Source of the DNA: Ptychomitrium polyphyllum
Taxonomy: Eukaryota
Length of the DNA stretch: 64,000 bases
Direction: 5' to 3'
Assembly (NCBI GenBank): GCA_973851085.1
Contig: OZ316776.1
Span: forward strand, 8,680,001 to 8,744,000
Positions 12,984 to 24,777 of this stretch are shown here, in pieces. The notes under the pieces were generated by a model, which was given only the letters and a program-made list of their open reading frames with translations, did no database searches and had not been told where the DNA came from. The translations under genes were made by a program, and so were the position numbers. Position 1 is the first letter of the stretch. Every line of letters starts with the position of its first letter.

Positions 12984-15900
12984 CTTTTAAAAATAACAAC
13001 AACACTACCACTACAAAAAATAAGTTCTATACCATTTCAGCTAGAACCTCTGTTTTTTGATAGCATACAAAAGCAATGCAATTAAATCCTAAAACCTGTA
13101 AACCCACAATAAAGCCTAATTTTTAATCCAAAATACAACAAAAAAATCAAAGGAAAAAATCAAAATGTAGATTAAATACATTTTCATCCACACACAAGAA
13201 ACAACTTCTGAAACCTCTTGGATTCTTCTTCAATTCTTATAGAACTACTAAAACATTGAATTACCACAATATAGCTTAGAAGCTAAGACATGAATTCAAA
13301 GTCTAGAAAGAATGAAAGAGAAAGAAAGAAATAAATAAAAAACAAATAAAATCACAAAATAATAACCTTAAAAATCCTTGCATCAATCTATTAATTAATG
13401 CTATTATTATTTCTAAGACTACAATCAAATAATTCATAAAACTGATTTTCTACATATTATTAGTACTTATTTGATACCAACACAAGTCAAAGTATAATTG
13501 GCACTCAGATGAAGAAGTTCTACAATTCTTATCTTATACTCATCCATTACAATGGTATGTATTGAAGTGTGATAATATTATTGTATAATTAAAATACTTA
13601 TACCATTAAAGAACCATCTATACTCACAAATAAATATAAATTTTAATACATGGTGGTTATGTGTATCTTTATGATAATGTATTACGATAATGTATTGATT
13701 ATACTCCCTTATGCACTTACATGTGTTTTCACCAATTTAAAACAATGCACTTCCTAAAAAATCTTCAACACGCACCTTCCTTTATGTAGAAATTTCTAAA
13801 AATATCAAGAACACCTCTATTGACCACACAACTTTAGAGGTTTAAACTATATTAGAAACAAAACAAAACAAACAAACCAGCATCGTGTGGATGTGGACCT
13901 TTGACACCAAAAATGAGCCTAGTAAATAACACAATTTTGTAAAGTGTACCTTCAAACAAATTGTAGCTTTGACAGAACTATTAACAGGTGCTATGGCCCA
14001 ACATTGGTACAAACTCTCTTCCTGTGCATAGAAAAGTTGCAGTACAGTACCCTACGTCATAGCAAGCAATGTTTGCATCATTGCCTTGTAGAATGGGGAA
14101 AGTAATGCACACAATTGAACCTTCTTACAAATGCTCTGTGCATCCATGATGTAGTTAACAACGCATCATACCAAACCCACCTATAGTGTAGAAAACGAAC
14201 CCCAATGCTACAATGGATTAAGTAAACATACTATGACAACTGAGAGCTAATTTTATAATAGTCATGGCTCCACCTATTAAATTTATTATTAAAAAAAGGT
14301 TCAACATGTAGAACATAGATGAATGTGGTGGTAACAAGCTGACTTACCTTAGCATGTGTGTTTATATCAGTGGGTGTTTACGTCACTGAAAGTCTGTGGC
14401 AGGGACATGAGTTTCTTGTGACCAGAGTTCCTCTCTCTATGTACAGAAGTTATACAGTACTATCTCATGTTGGAAAATGGAGATACCTTACTAGTTAAAA
14501 TACAACTAAGAAAGTGCACTGCTCTGAATAAAATCAACATTTGAATAACCTCACTCAGTGTATCACTTTACAAGAATTCAGGCCATCCTGGAAGCTTCTA
14601 GTGCTACTAGGTCAGATGTGTATATGTTAGATCCAACAGTGGTAAATGAACAAAACTGGTCACAAACTTTTAGCTCACGTGTCAAGCCTTGGAAGGTTCC
14701 CACCAGACTAACAATCCGAACTATAAGTTATTGAGCCAATCCCAGACAGGTTGAAGTTCATTGTAAGTTCCTTATTCCAATCATACTCATGCACTGAATA
14801 GAATTACTCTTGGTTTGGTACTACTTACATCACCATGTTCTGCTGTCTCCAATAGAACCCATATACTGGTAATCAGGGTTCAGTTGCTATCAAAGTGCTG
14901 TAACTAATACGGTATGCCAATGCATGCTCTTTACATTGTGAAAGACACGTCACCAGGCCTGAGACCCAAGTAAGTTGGGCTCCTCAGATTGCAAATTCTT
15001 TGAAATAACTGGAAATTGCATGCTTTTCTGATAGTATCTCCCTGTGCCATTGTTTTTAAGGGTCCAGACCATTGCAAATGTGACACATGGCATTTTCTTC
15101 CAATTTTTGATATTTTCCTATAATTATTTTTTTCTTTCCAAATTTGGTCTTTGAACATAGTAATAATCAAGTATTCCAATATTAAAATTTAGAGCAGACC
15201 TAGTCACATAATAATCCTTAAAGGAACAAAAGGCCCTTTGAGAACATTTGTATTTCAATGTATTTGGTTGTCCTTGAAAAAGTTCCACACATGCCAGGGG
15301 TGCAAGGTCAAAAATGAAATTTTAATTCAAACTGATGTAGTTTTGACAGGCTATTCAGGTTCTAATTCAGAACTTCTACTTTCAACAAATGCCAAATTTA
15401 AGCTAGCTTATATATTGCTTGAGACCTTTAAGGTTAATAACGTTTTTTTTCTTAATTGAAGTAAAAAGGCTAACCAAACTTGAAATGAATTCCAAAGTGA
15501 ATGAAATAGAAGTTTTTCTATTCATTATATTGAGTACATATTCTAACTTGTCCATCATGAAAACATAAATGTTAAAATGATGATGACAAAAAATCAAAAA
15601 AATCTTAACTTGGTTTTAACATATGTGGAATTTTATTCTAATATAAACGCTTAATTAAATGATACAAGATAAACATTCTTTTATTTAGTTATGCATTTAC
15701 ACTAAATAATATAATGAGTATCTTGTAGTATGTTTTATATGGTGTTAGTATGGAGCAAGTTGCATATCATGTTTTAGAAAATATCCAAGAATTTTTTTAA
15801 GAATTTTTTAGATTTCTTCTTCAAGTGCTAAATATGATTTAATATTGGATTATCTAATTAGGTGCTCTATTATAAAAGCGGTATAAGATAATGGATTAAG

Positions 15901-18900
15901 TTATGCAATTTATGAACACAAATCCATATGTGTAATGTAAAAATTGATACAAGGAAAAATTATTTAGTTCTTTAGTTTTCAAAGTATAATTTAGAAATCT
16001 TGGATCTTTACAAATTTTATTGTTAAAACCTTTGTTAATAAAAACAAGTTAATTTGCTTTTAATACATCTAATAACAAAAAAATTAGTTTTGTTGTTGGT
16101 ATTTGCACACCAAATTTGTGTTCCATTTGATTATTCTAGTGCAAAATCTTAACATGTGTTTAAGCTATATTATGTAATGCAAAAAAAGAATTATCATGGA
16201 ATGAGTTACTTTTTAATTTAGTACATTTTGAAAAATCTTATTCTAAATTCAAGTCAAATTGATATGTATTCTATACATATTAATATTTTTTTAGATAAAT
16301 ATAAGATGTCCAAAAATTATTTTTTATATGATTAAATTTAGTTGGCTAATTACTATATCATAAAACAAGTATGTTTTAAAACTTATATAGGCTTATTCAA
16401 CATACTAAAAAACATTATGTTTTGAAGTTTACAAAAATTAATTATTAATCTAAATTTGAACAATTGTAAGTTTTAATTAATGCTTTTAGTTAAAATTAGA
16501 TAATTTAAGGTTGTTTTTGTGAAAAAAATCCATAATTAAAAAACTTCAACAATCAAATCTACAATTTGTTAGAGAATACTTTGCATTGTTTTAGTTTAAA
16601 GATCTTATAATATTCTAATATCAAAATATGTGGCTAAATATCTCAAATGCAAATAATATTGACAAAATTTGGCATTTAAAGAAGAAATAGAGTATTTTTT
16701 CAATATTTTAAAACATAATGCAAGGTTATCCAACTAAAAATTGTTATAGCCACGTCAAATCTTTTGCTAATAATTTGACCTTGTTGCATTTTTTTAGGTG
16801 GGCTTTTTGGATTTATTATAAGTTCTTTGTGCTATGATGTTTTTATTTAATGGCTTTTATTCAATGTTATGTTACCCTGGGATTAATCTATTAATAATCC
16901 AAATGATAATATTTATCCACCATCCAATGCATATACAATTATTCAAACTGCATTGTAAAACCATTGTTTAGAAAGTACAAATTAAATTCCTAGTCCTCTT
17001 CAAACTTGTGGATAACTTCATTATTTTGTTAATCACTACCATTCTACAATTCCATTTGTATCCAAATTTAACTCCATTACAATCATTTTTTCATTCATTG
17101 TTTAAAAAATATATAAATGGTAGTATTATAAATACTAAAATTCATTCCAAAAAAATAACAAAAAAGTCAAATTCAAAATTTTTTAAGATATTTTTTTATG
17201 TTCTAAAAGATTTTCTAAAAATGAACCATTTTAAAGATTTTGAAACTTTATTTTAGAACCAAGAATTTTTCTCAACCTTTTGGCTTTGCAACTTCTTTCA
17301 AGCTACAACATATTAAATGGCCATAGTTCTTAAAAGCACTATAAAAACCTCCATATAGGATTATAAGCAAATTTTTAATGCCAATTGTTTAATACCAATG
17401 TTTTCTGCTAATGAGAAATTCCTAATTTTTAAATTGTATTTCAATAGAATTCAATAAAAACAATCAAGTCTTTAATGGATTGAAACATAGAAATTAAATA
17501 CTATTTATAAAAAAAGTCTATAAAGATAGTTTTAAAGACATTTTAAAAACATTGAAGAAAGTTAAATACAATTTAAATACTTCTTTTGTGATATTTAGAA
17601 TATTTTAAATAGTATGTTTATTCTATTTTTTCATAATAAATCTATGATTTGATTAAACTCTTCTTTAAAACAATTTATAAATGATTAAATTTTTGAATCA
17701 TTTAATTCAATAAAATTTTCTTAAAAAATAACAATTCTGCAATAATTGTTTAAAGATTCTTCGTCCAACTTTTATTAGAAAGAATTGCCTAATTCCAACT
17801 TCATTTCCATTGTTATAATTTATATTTTTAATATAATCATGTGTATAATAATGTGGCTACTTTTAATATGATTTGTAAAAAATCAACAAGCAAAATTATA
17901 GTTCAATGTTTCTGAAATTATATGTTTTTGATTAAGTATAAATTGAAAGCGTGATCATTTTTTAAGTGAAACTTTACAATATCTTATTTTTTATTATAAT
18001 TTTATTTCTAAATGGAATATAAATTCAAATAGTACTATTGATATGGTAAATTATGCATGATTGTTTGTTAAAAAATCATTTACATTGAATTAACAAAATA
18101 AAAATAATTGATGATTTATGGAATTATATATTATATTTTATAGTATTAAATTTTATTTTTAATTCCATAGTGCTTCATTCATTATCCAAATATATAAAAT
18201 AAATTAAAAGGGATGAAGATTGAGAAGTTTTATCCTAGACTATTTAAGTAGATTAAACTTTTATTATAATCATGCATTTTAATGTGATAGATAATATTTA
18301 TAATATATATAACTACATAAAAGTGCATAAGACCAAACAACATTAAAAAAATATGTCAGCTTTTTTCCAAGTGCAAAACTTTGCTAGACATTAGTTATAT
18401 TAAAATATGTGATGGAAATGCTTCCAAAAAGACATTGTACACATTTGTGTGCTTTAGTAGTGTTGTAATATTAGACAAATCTAAGGATACTGGATGGTTG
18501 AATTGTATAAAATGACTTATAAATTTCACAATCCTTATGGTTTATCAAACATAATGTTATTAGCCTTATGATAAGTAGTTCTTTCTAGACGTATTTTGAA
18601 ATCAAATTATAAGAAAAAGTGATATATTATTAATATTAACACATGTTCCATGCAAACATCATATTAGGTGAAATGATAATTTTAGTAAATTTAACAATAA
18701 CTATGGTAGCTTTTAAAATACTTGAAGAAAATATTATCATAATAAAAGTCAAAATGTAGAATATTGTATGAGAATACTCTTGAGCAAAAGAACTTTATAA
18801 TCTATGTGTTGCTCTTATACTACAATCAATAATATAAACACATTATTCCATTTCTTTTTAAATGCTAAACTTTGCTAAATATAATTCATAGTAAAATGTT

Positions 18901-19594
18901 TGTTGAATGGCCTTCTATAAAAGTAATATAAGATCATTTCCTTAATGAATATAATGAAATAATTGCTCAACAATCTTAGCTCTTGGATTACTTAGATGTC
19001 ATACATTCAAAAGTTGAAGTCTTTTAATGGTGAGACCTTAAATAAAATACTAAAATAATGTGTAGAGATGTTTAGCAAAAAACAAAGTTGTTCAAAGAAA
19101 TGTTCAAAGTTAAAGGGACACATTGAAAAAAATTTGCACTTGAAGTGAAGAAAACTCCTTTTGAAATGACTTTATGCAATATAGCATTTTGATTATTCTT
19201 CACAATCACAAAAAACAGACCTTGTTAATCACTTATGTGCCAAATTTTAAACATAATGGAGCCATGAAACATTTGATTAATTTTTTTTTTTTTTCAAGAT
19301 TGTTGTTTCTTCTTTTCTTGAAACTTTCCAAAAGAAGAACCGTGAAGATTTGGCCTTTTGGATTGAGATTTTGACTGATTCAAAGATCCAAATCCAAATG
19401 GTCAAAATCCAATCTGAAAAGTAAGAGCAAGAACAGACACATCTGGAATGAAATTGGGCAAAGAAAAGAGTGCATGACTGGACCAAGTTCTCGGGCTTAT
19501 CAAAGAGAAATCGAGGATGAACGAGGGCCTGTTGCCCACGCTGCTACCTCCACGGTCACATGGCGTGCCCAAGCACCAATGGACCCACCATACG

Positions 19595-19914
19595 GGCCCA
19601 GCTCGGAGACCTGATGACCGCGAAGGGGACCCGTCCGTCACTCGCATGCCGACCTCTTTAGGGCAAGGCAGCGCCAGGCGCGCTCTCTTTCCATTCTTCG
19701 CCCCTCGTGCTCTGCTTGCCGGAGCGCCTGCCTCGGCTCCTTCCCTTCATCAGGTTAGCGTCCTCTTCTCCTCTCTCCTTTCTCGCTGCAACTTGCATCT
19801 CTTGTCTCTTCGCTTTTCTTTCTTGATGTTAGTGTTCGCTCCAGTCTGTAAATTGGACCAGAGTTGGTCAACTTTCACTGTGGGGTTTCGTTTAGGGTTT
19901 GGGGTTTAGGGTTT
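19595..19914 (+). promoter_or_regulatory. RPL29 regulatory region: site II-like GGCCCA (19595-19600) and two telo-boxes TAGGGTTT (19893-19900, 19907-19914) inside the 5'UTR intron (19754-20018)
   Basis: Motifs read directly; site II plus telo-box is the established module of plant ribosomal protein genes. Confidence 0.65.
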
Positions 19915-20023
19915 GTGTGAGGGTGGAGATTGTAGTTTGTACGAGGTACGTGTGAGGGTGGAGATTTTTTTTTCTGTGTTTTTGATCGTGTACTGCTTTG
20001 GCGCTTATTTGGGTGCAGGTAAG

Positions 20024-20461
20024 ATGGCGAAGTCGAAGAACCATACCGCTCACAACCAGTCCTACAAGAACCACAAGAATGGTATCAAGAAGGTCAAGAA
20101 GCACAAATACACATCAAGGAAGGGGGTAAGTGCCACTTAGATTGTTGAAAGTTACATTCGAGCTTCACAGAGTTTCTCCTTCATGTTGTTTCCCCGGCTT
20201 TATGAATATGGATGCCTATTCGTCTTTTGCCTTAATTTCAGAGGCTGACATGGTTACACGTACAGTACGTGGAGTTTTGGTACTGAGATTTTACGTTAAG
20301 AACAATGTTTGGAATTCTTGTGTTTTGGAAATGTTTAGTCATTTATTGGGGCGAATTTGTTGGTGTTGCAGATGGACCCTAAGTTCTTGAGGAACCAGAG
20401 GTATGCGAAGAAGCACAACCGATCGGGTGCCTCGGACGAGGTGGAGGCTACGGAAGAGTAG
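20024..20461 (+). CDS. RPL29: 60S ribosomal protein L29 (eL29), 63 aa; coding exons 20024-20125 and 20372-20461
   Basis: [34 protein letters not shown] + [29 protein letters not shown]; phase-0 GT-AG intron. Confidence 0.97.
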
Positions 20462-21368
20462 ATAATAGGTTAAAGCCCTAATGTCGTGAAAAATTTCCCG
20501 CTGTCGCCTTTCAGCTCCACTTGTATTGGTGTTCGCCTATTCAGAATATCATTTTCTTCTTAAGGATAAGCTTGGTGCTGTGATTACAACAGTTTTTGTT
20601 GTTGAACAATCTTCATGATTCCAGTCTTCTGTCGTTGAAATGCTTCTCAAAGGAATGGATGTCTTTCTTCTTACGTTTTTTATATCGCGTTATAAATTAT
20701 GCTCTCTCGTTGTTCGGATACCGGTACAAGTAGACACATGCTGTGATCAATGACTGTTTGAAATCATGTCTGATTGATTCATGCCTAAGCTTAAACTGTG
20801 AAATGAACGGTATAAAATATGTAAATGAATTAACTGGCTTTGGTGCTCTAGAACCCTCAATTATTGGAGAGGACAACCTGTAATGTGTAACGGAATTTGA
20901 TTAGGTGCCCACGAGTGGTTTGATGTCTTCGTGACGTTGGTACCGAAAGATCACATTCTCTGTATATTTTGGATTATGGTTTGATTGAAATTATAGAAAA
21001 CAGAGTCCGCTCTATTATGTAGTCTTTACTTGTTCGTGTCGCAAGTGACATGCTATCTATGCCGTGCTGACTCCACAATTTTCACTTCAGTTTCTCGTAC
21101 TGTGTCTAGTCAGGCATAGAAACAATCCTGCGTCCCAAGAGCGTTCTTTGTAATGTAGTCAAGATCATCTTCCATATTCTGAAACTAGAGTCTCAAATCT
21201 GTTGTTAGGCCCATTTGCTACGCACTACATTTGCTTAATGCTAGAAATTGTGTTGTGCAGGCGCGCCAGACGTGGTGTGTTCAAGTGCTAAATGCAACGT
21301 GCATCCACCTTTTGGAAAAGCTAAGCAACGTTAATGACGTATACTAACCTCTTCGTGAAACTTTTATA

Positions 21369-21412
21369 ATCCCATATCCTTTGCAGTGCTTGACGATTTC
21401 TGAGAGTATATA
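21369..21412 (+). promoter_or_regulatory. Plant Pol II snRNA promoter: USE ATCCCATATCC (~-67) and TATATA (~-29)
   Basis: Close match to the plant USE consensus RTCCCACATCG, with TATA at the spacing typical of Pol II snRNA genes, directly upstream of U1. Confidence 0.8.
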
Positions 21413-21434
21413 GTGTCCTGTCGACGATGCTATA

Positions 21435-21595
21435 ATTACTTACCTGGGCGGGGTCTATCCATGATCAAGAAGGTGGATGGTCTAGGGCAACTGTCTCCAT
21501 TGCACTTCGGACATGGGAGCTCTAGTATCTTCCTACGGGAGGTATACACGTCATAATTTGTGGCAGCGGGGGCTCGCGTTCGCGCGGCCCCTATC
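21435..21595 (+). ncRNA. U1: U1 spliceosomal snRNA
   Basis: 5' TACTTACCTGG; loop I GATCAAGAAG (U1-70K site) on stem TATCCAT/GTGGATG; loop II ATTGCAC (U1A site); Sm site AATTTGTGG; terminal hairpin GGGGCTCGCG-TT-CGCGCGGCCCC; upstream USE and TATA. Confidence 0.96.
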
Positions 21596-22064
21596 AACAC
21601 TAACCTAAAACGGAAGCAAACTCAGAGAGACATGCCAACGTACAATGCTGAATGATTATTACCCTAGGAGCCTTGACTATATGCTGTCACTGTGGTTACT
21701 TAGTTTATCGATGACGATACTCACCTGATTATTCTCCGGGTATCCTGGGAATGTGGCCTACCTATTACACCAAAAGTGAATGCAATGTGCTTCGACTTAT
21801 TATGTTCTTCTAATTGTGATTGTCTGTGGACAGAGGAAACTTAAAATGCTATCAGATAGCTAGTTCCAGTCTGGAGTGTGATTCTGGTGTCGGTGTATCT
21901 CTGAGGCTTTCCTAATACAGGTTTCAATAGTCTTGCCGTACTTTCCAATCATGACGAGAAAATAGAGAACACAAATTACGTTATCTGATCCAATGAAGTT
22001 AGATGCAGTATCACTCGGCTGTGACTACTAAGTTATGGATAATCTGCAGGATGTTGGATGTCTG

Positions 22065-22457
22065 TTAATCTTCTGGAGCAAGTTTACTGAGCTTCTCAGA
22101 TGCTAACTCAAGGTTTATCCTAACGTCATTGCTACCATCATCAACACTATCTCTCAAAGGTGTGGAAGGAAGAGTGAGATGTGCCACTTCAATGGCATCT
22201 ACAATAGATTCCCTCCGAAGAACCTTCTCTAATGACTGTAAGTCTGAAGGACCCGTTTCTCCTGAAGTTCCATCAGGTCTTCTCGTGGAAACTCTGTGAC
22301 TAGGACCAGGTTGGATGCTTTTACTGCTACTTGAAGATGATGAAGCTGCAACGCTCTCACTCCGAACTCGAGGTCGGTTTGCATCACCACTTGCATCGCA
22401 TTGCTTCACCTTACCTTCAACCTCAGTTGTAGGAATTTGAACATTCACCCCCGCCAT
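22065..22457 (-). CDS. Hypothetical 130-aa Ser-rich, probably disordered protein
   Basis: ATG-initiated ORF in good context (CCATGG) in a gene-like GC island, preceded by a polypyrimidine/TAG acceptor at 22497; no recognised domain. Confidence 0.45.
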   Translation of the reverse strand: MAGVNVQIPTTEVEGKVKQCDASGDANRPRVRSESVAASSSSSSSKSIQPGPSHRVSTRRPDGTSGETGPSDLQSLEKVLRRESIVDAIEVAHLTLPSTPLRDSVDDGSNDVRINLELASEKLSKLAPED

Positions 22458-24777
22458 GGAACAGCTACTGGTACTTTACTCAGCTCTACACAATTGCTAA
22501 AAGAATAAGACGATCAGAATTTATTTCTTTCACAGCATGACAGGCAATTAAGAAATTGCATGAAAATGATTACGTGAATGTGACTAATATTCATTGCAAA
22601 TTTGGAGCAGACCTCGCCTTCGCTGGGGAACAGGGAATCTTCCCAGGTCTTCATTGCTTGAGTGGCTTACAGTTACACTATAAGAAAGCGATTTTTTTGA
22701 CTGCATCAATCCAGGAGAGTATATTTCGATGTCTCTCCTAGCAGCAACATAGAGTCCTGTAATGAATTCAATTGCTGTAGGGTAAGTAAAAAAGAGACGC
22801 AAGTATCGTTCTTCATTGATTATACTGCTAATGAATGGCTGAGTGTCAATGGTTGCCTTTCGTGGTTGTTAAACCTTATCTGACAATGTCTGGTTCAAAA
22901 TCTTGCTTCAGAACTTACAAAAGATCTTAATTCAGAACCATGTCCAACATCATGGAAGCCTTCTTACACCTGCCCCAACTTCATACCTGCAACACAACCT
23001 CATCGTGTTAAGTAATTCTCCCTTCTGTTTGTCTGGAACAGTACATTTGGGAAAGATATCCATTATTCAAAGAGGATTCAACCCTAACTGATCACTTAAT
23101 CTACGTCCATACGAAAGAAATGGACGTCAGAGGCTTGATCGCAATTACAGATATTGAGAGCTGAATCTTATGATTTCGAATCATGGTGGAAAGATGATTC
23201 AGCTTCAACAATTTTTACATGTTCACTTGTGAATATACAAAAACAAGATGCACGGCAGCTCTTATTGCACACAAAAGACGACATACGAATGGTAGAGAAT
23301 CTGCCGATAACAGTCTAGTTCTGCAGTTAAAAATTACTCTATCTTTGGATTTCGAAGACGAGCGTACTAACCCTCGCATACTTAGGGTTTCAGCTCATGT
23401 AAAGGCAAAGGCGGTTATGTTTCATTCACGGATTTCTATCAAGTCAACTATTACGGAACCACTGAAGAAGAATGTCAGAAAAACCACAGCACGTTTAAAT
23501 GTATGATTTCGGGATGTCCCACCTGGTCTCTATCACTCTCTATGTTAATTTTCAAAGTTTCCATGTCTTTACACTCAAGCACTCATTGCAATAATTCCTC
23601 TCTTCCCTCTTTCCACTCTGACAATAAGACTGGGAAATCTCACAAAATGTTTCCATGGAACGCAATGACAAACCATTCTTCTGAATAATTGACGAGGCAA
23701 ACAACCATGTGCATAGTTTTGAACATTTTCAACTGCGAGGCAATCACCAACCTTCACAAAGTATAATGAACCTCTACTTCAAAATTCTGCAGAAATGGTG
23801 TTACGTGATATCCTTCTCGAAGTCAGTATCAATGGTGAATGTGGGACTTGTACTAGGGTTGTACGTCCGATGATCGTGTGAGCACGGAATAGAATAAAAT
23901 GGATAAAGAACAGTAAAGACGTGCATGTATGCAGACGTGCATGAAGACCAAGCCCATTGAAGAAGCCTTTGAAACACGCTTAAGCGAAGCGGTTCTAGGA
24001 ACCCTTCGTCTCCTGGATTCATAGAGAACTCTTAGTGAAAGATATCTACACTTCTTTGAAAGATTAACTCCATCCCTGAACGTAAGGTTCCCTTGTCTCT
24101 AGCAGTCACAAGTACTTCTATTTACAATATCACAATTTGTAACACAAATCACATGCCTCTGCTCAAAAAGAAGGAAATAAGTGGCGTCTTATAAAGGTTA
24201 CGATAACAATGCACTAAATGACTATTCAAATTGAAAGCCAATAATTACAAAACATAAAAAAATATGATATCTTCCAATTCATTGTGGAACGTTATACACC
24301 AAGTATTATTATCTCGTGTAATTGCATACGTACTAGCTTTCTATATCTCTCATAGCCACACTACCAATACCAAGCCGAGTCTCAAATAATTTATATCATA
24401 AATTATCTGAGATACCATAAACGCCTAGGGTCATTGGATATGTCTTCATGAGATCTACAAGTTCGTCGCACCTAGCTCAAACTGAAGGTTCCAAATTGAA
24501 CCAGAAGTCCTAAAACTACACTGAGGAAAATGAAAAACAATGGATTTTCAAACGGTCATTGCAAACACAAAACTAAGAAGCCAGAGACAAACGTAATCCC
24601 TTAAAAGAAGTATATTTACGATTCTGTGCTCACTTGCTCAAGTTGATGGAGATTTGTGCAAAATAATCGGAAGGTCAAAATTTGAAGTTGTTCTAGCTAT
24701 TTTAAACTCGCAGAGAAAAGCTGATCAGACCAATGTCTGGCCGAAGTATGCAACAAAGACTCAAATACCTGCTTGCT

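Noticed and set aside
14338..14352. ACTTACCT resembling a U1 5' end
   Set aside because: No U1 loops, Sm site or USE nearby; simply the complement of a donor-like sequence
13870..15180. GC-balanced island within the AT-rich block
   Set aside because: No recognisable protein motif or consistent exon chain found
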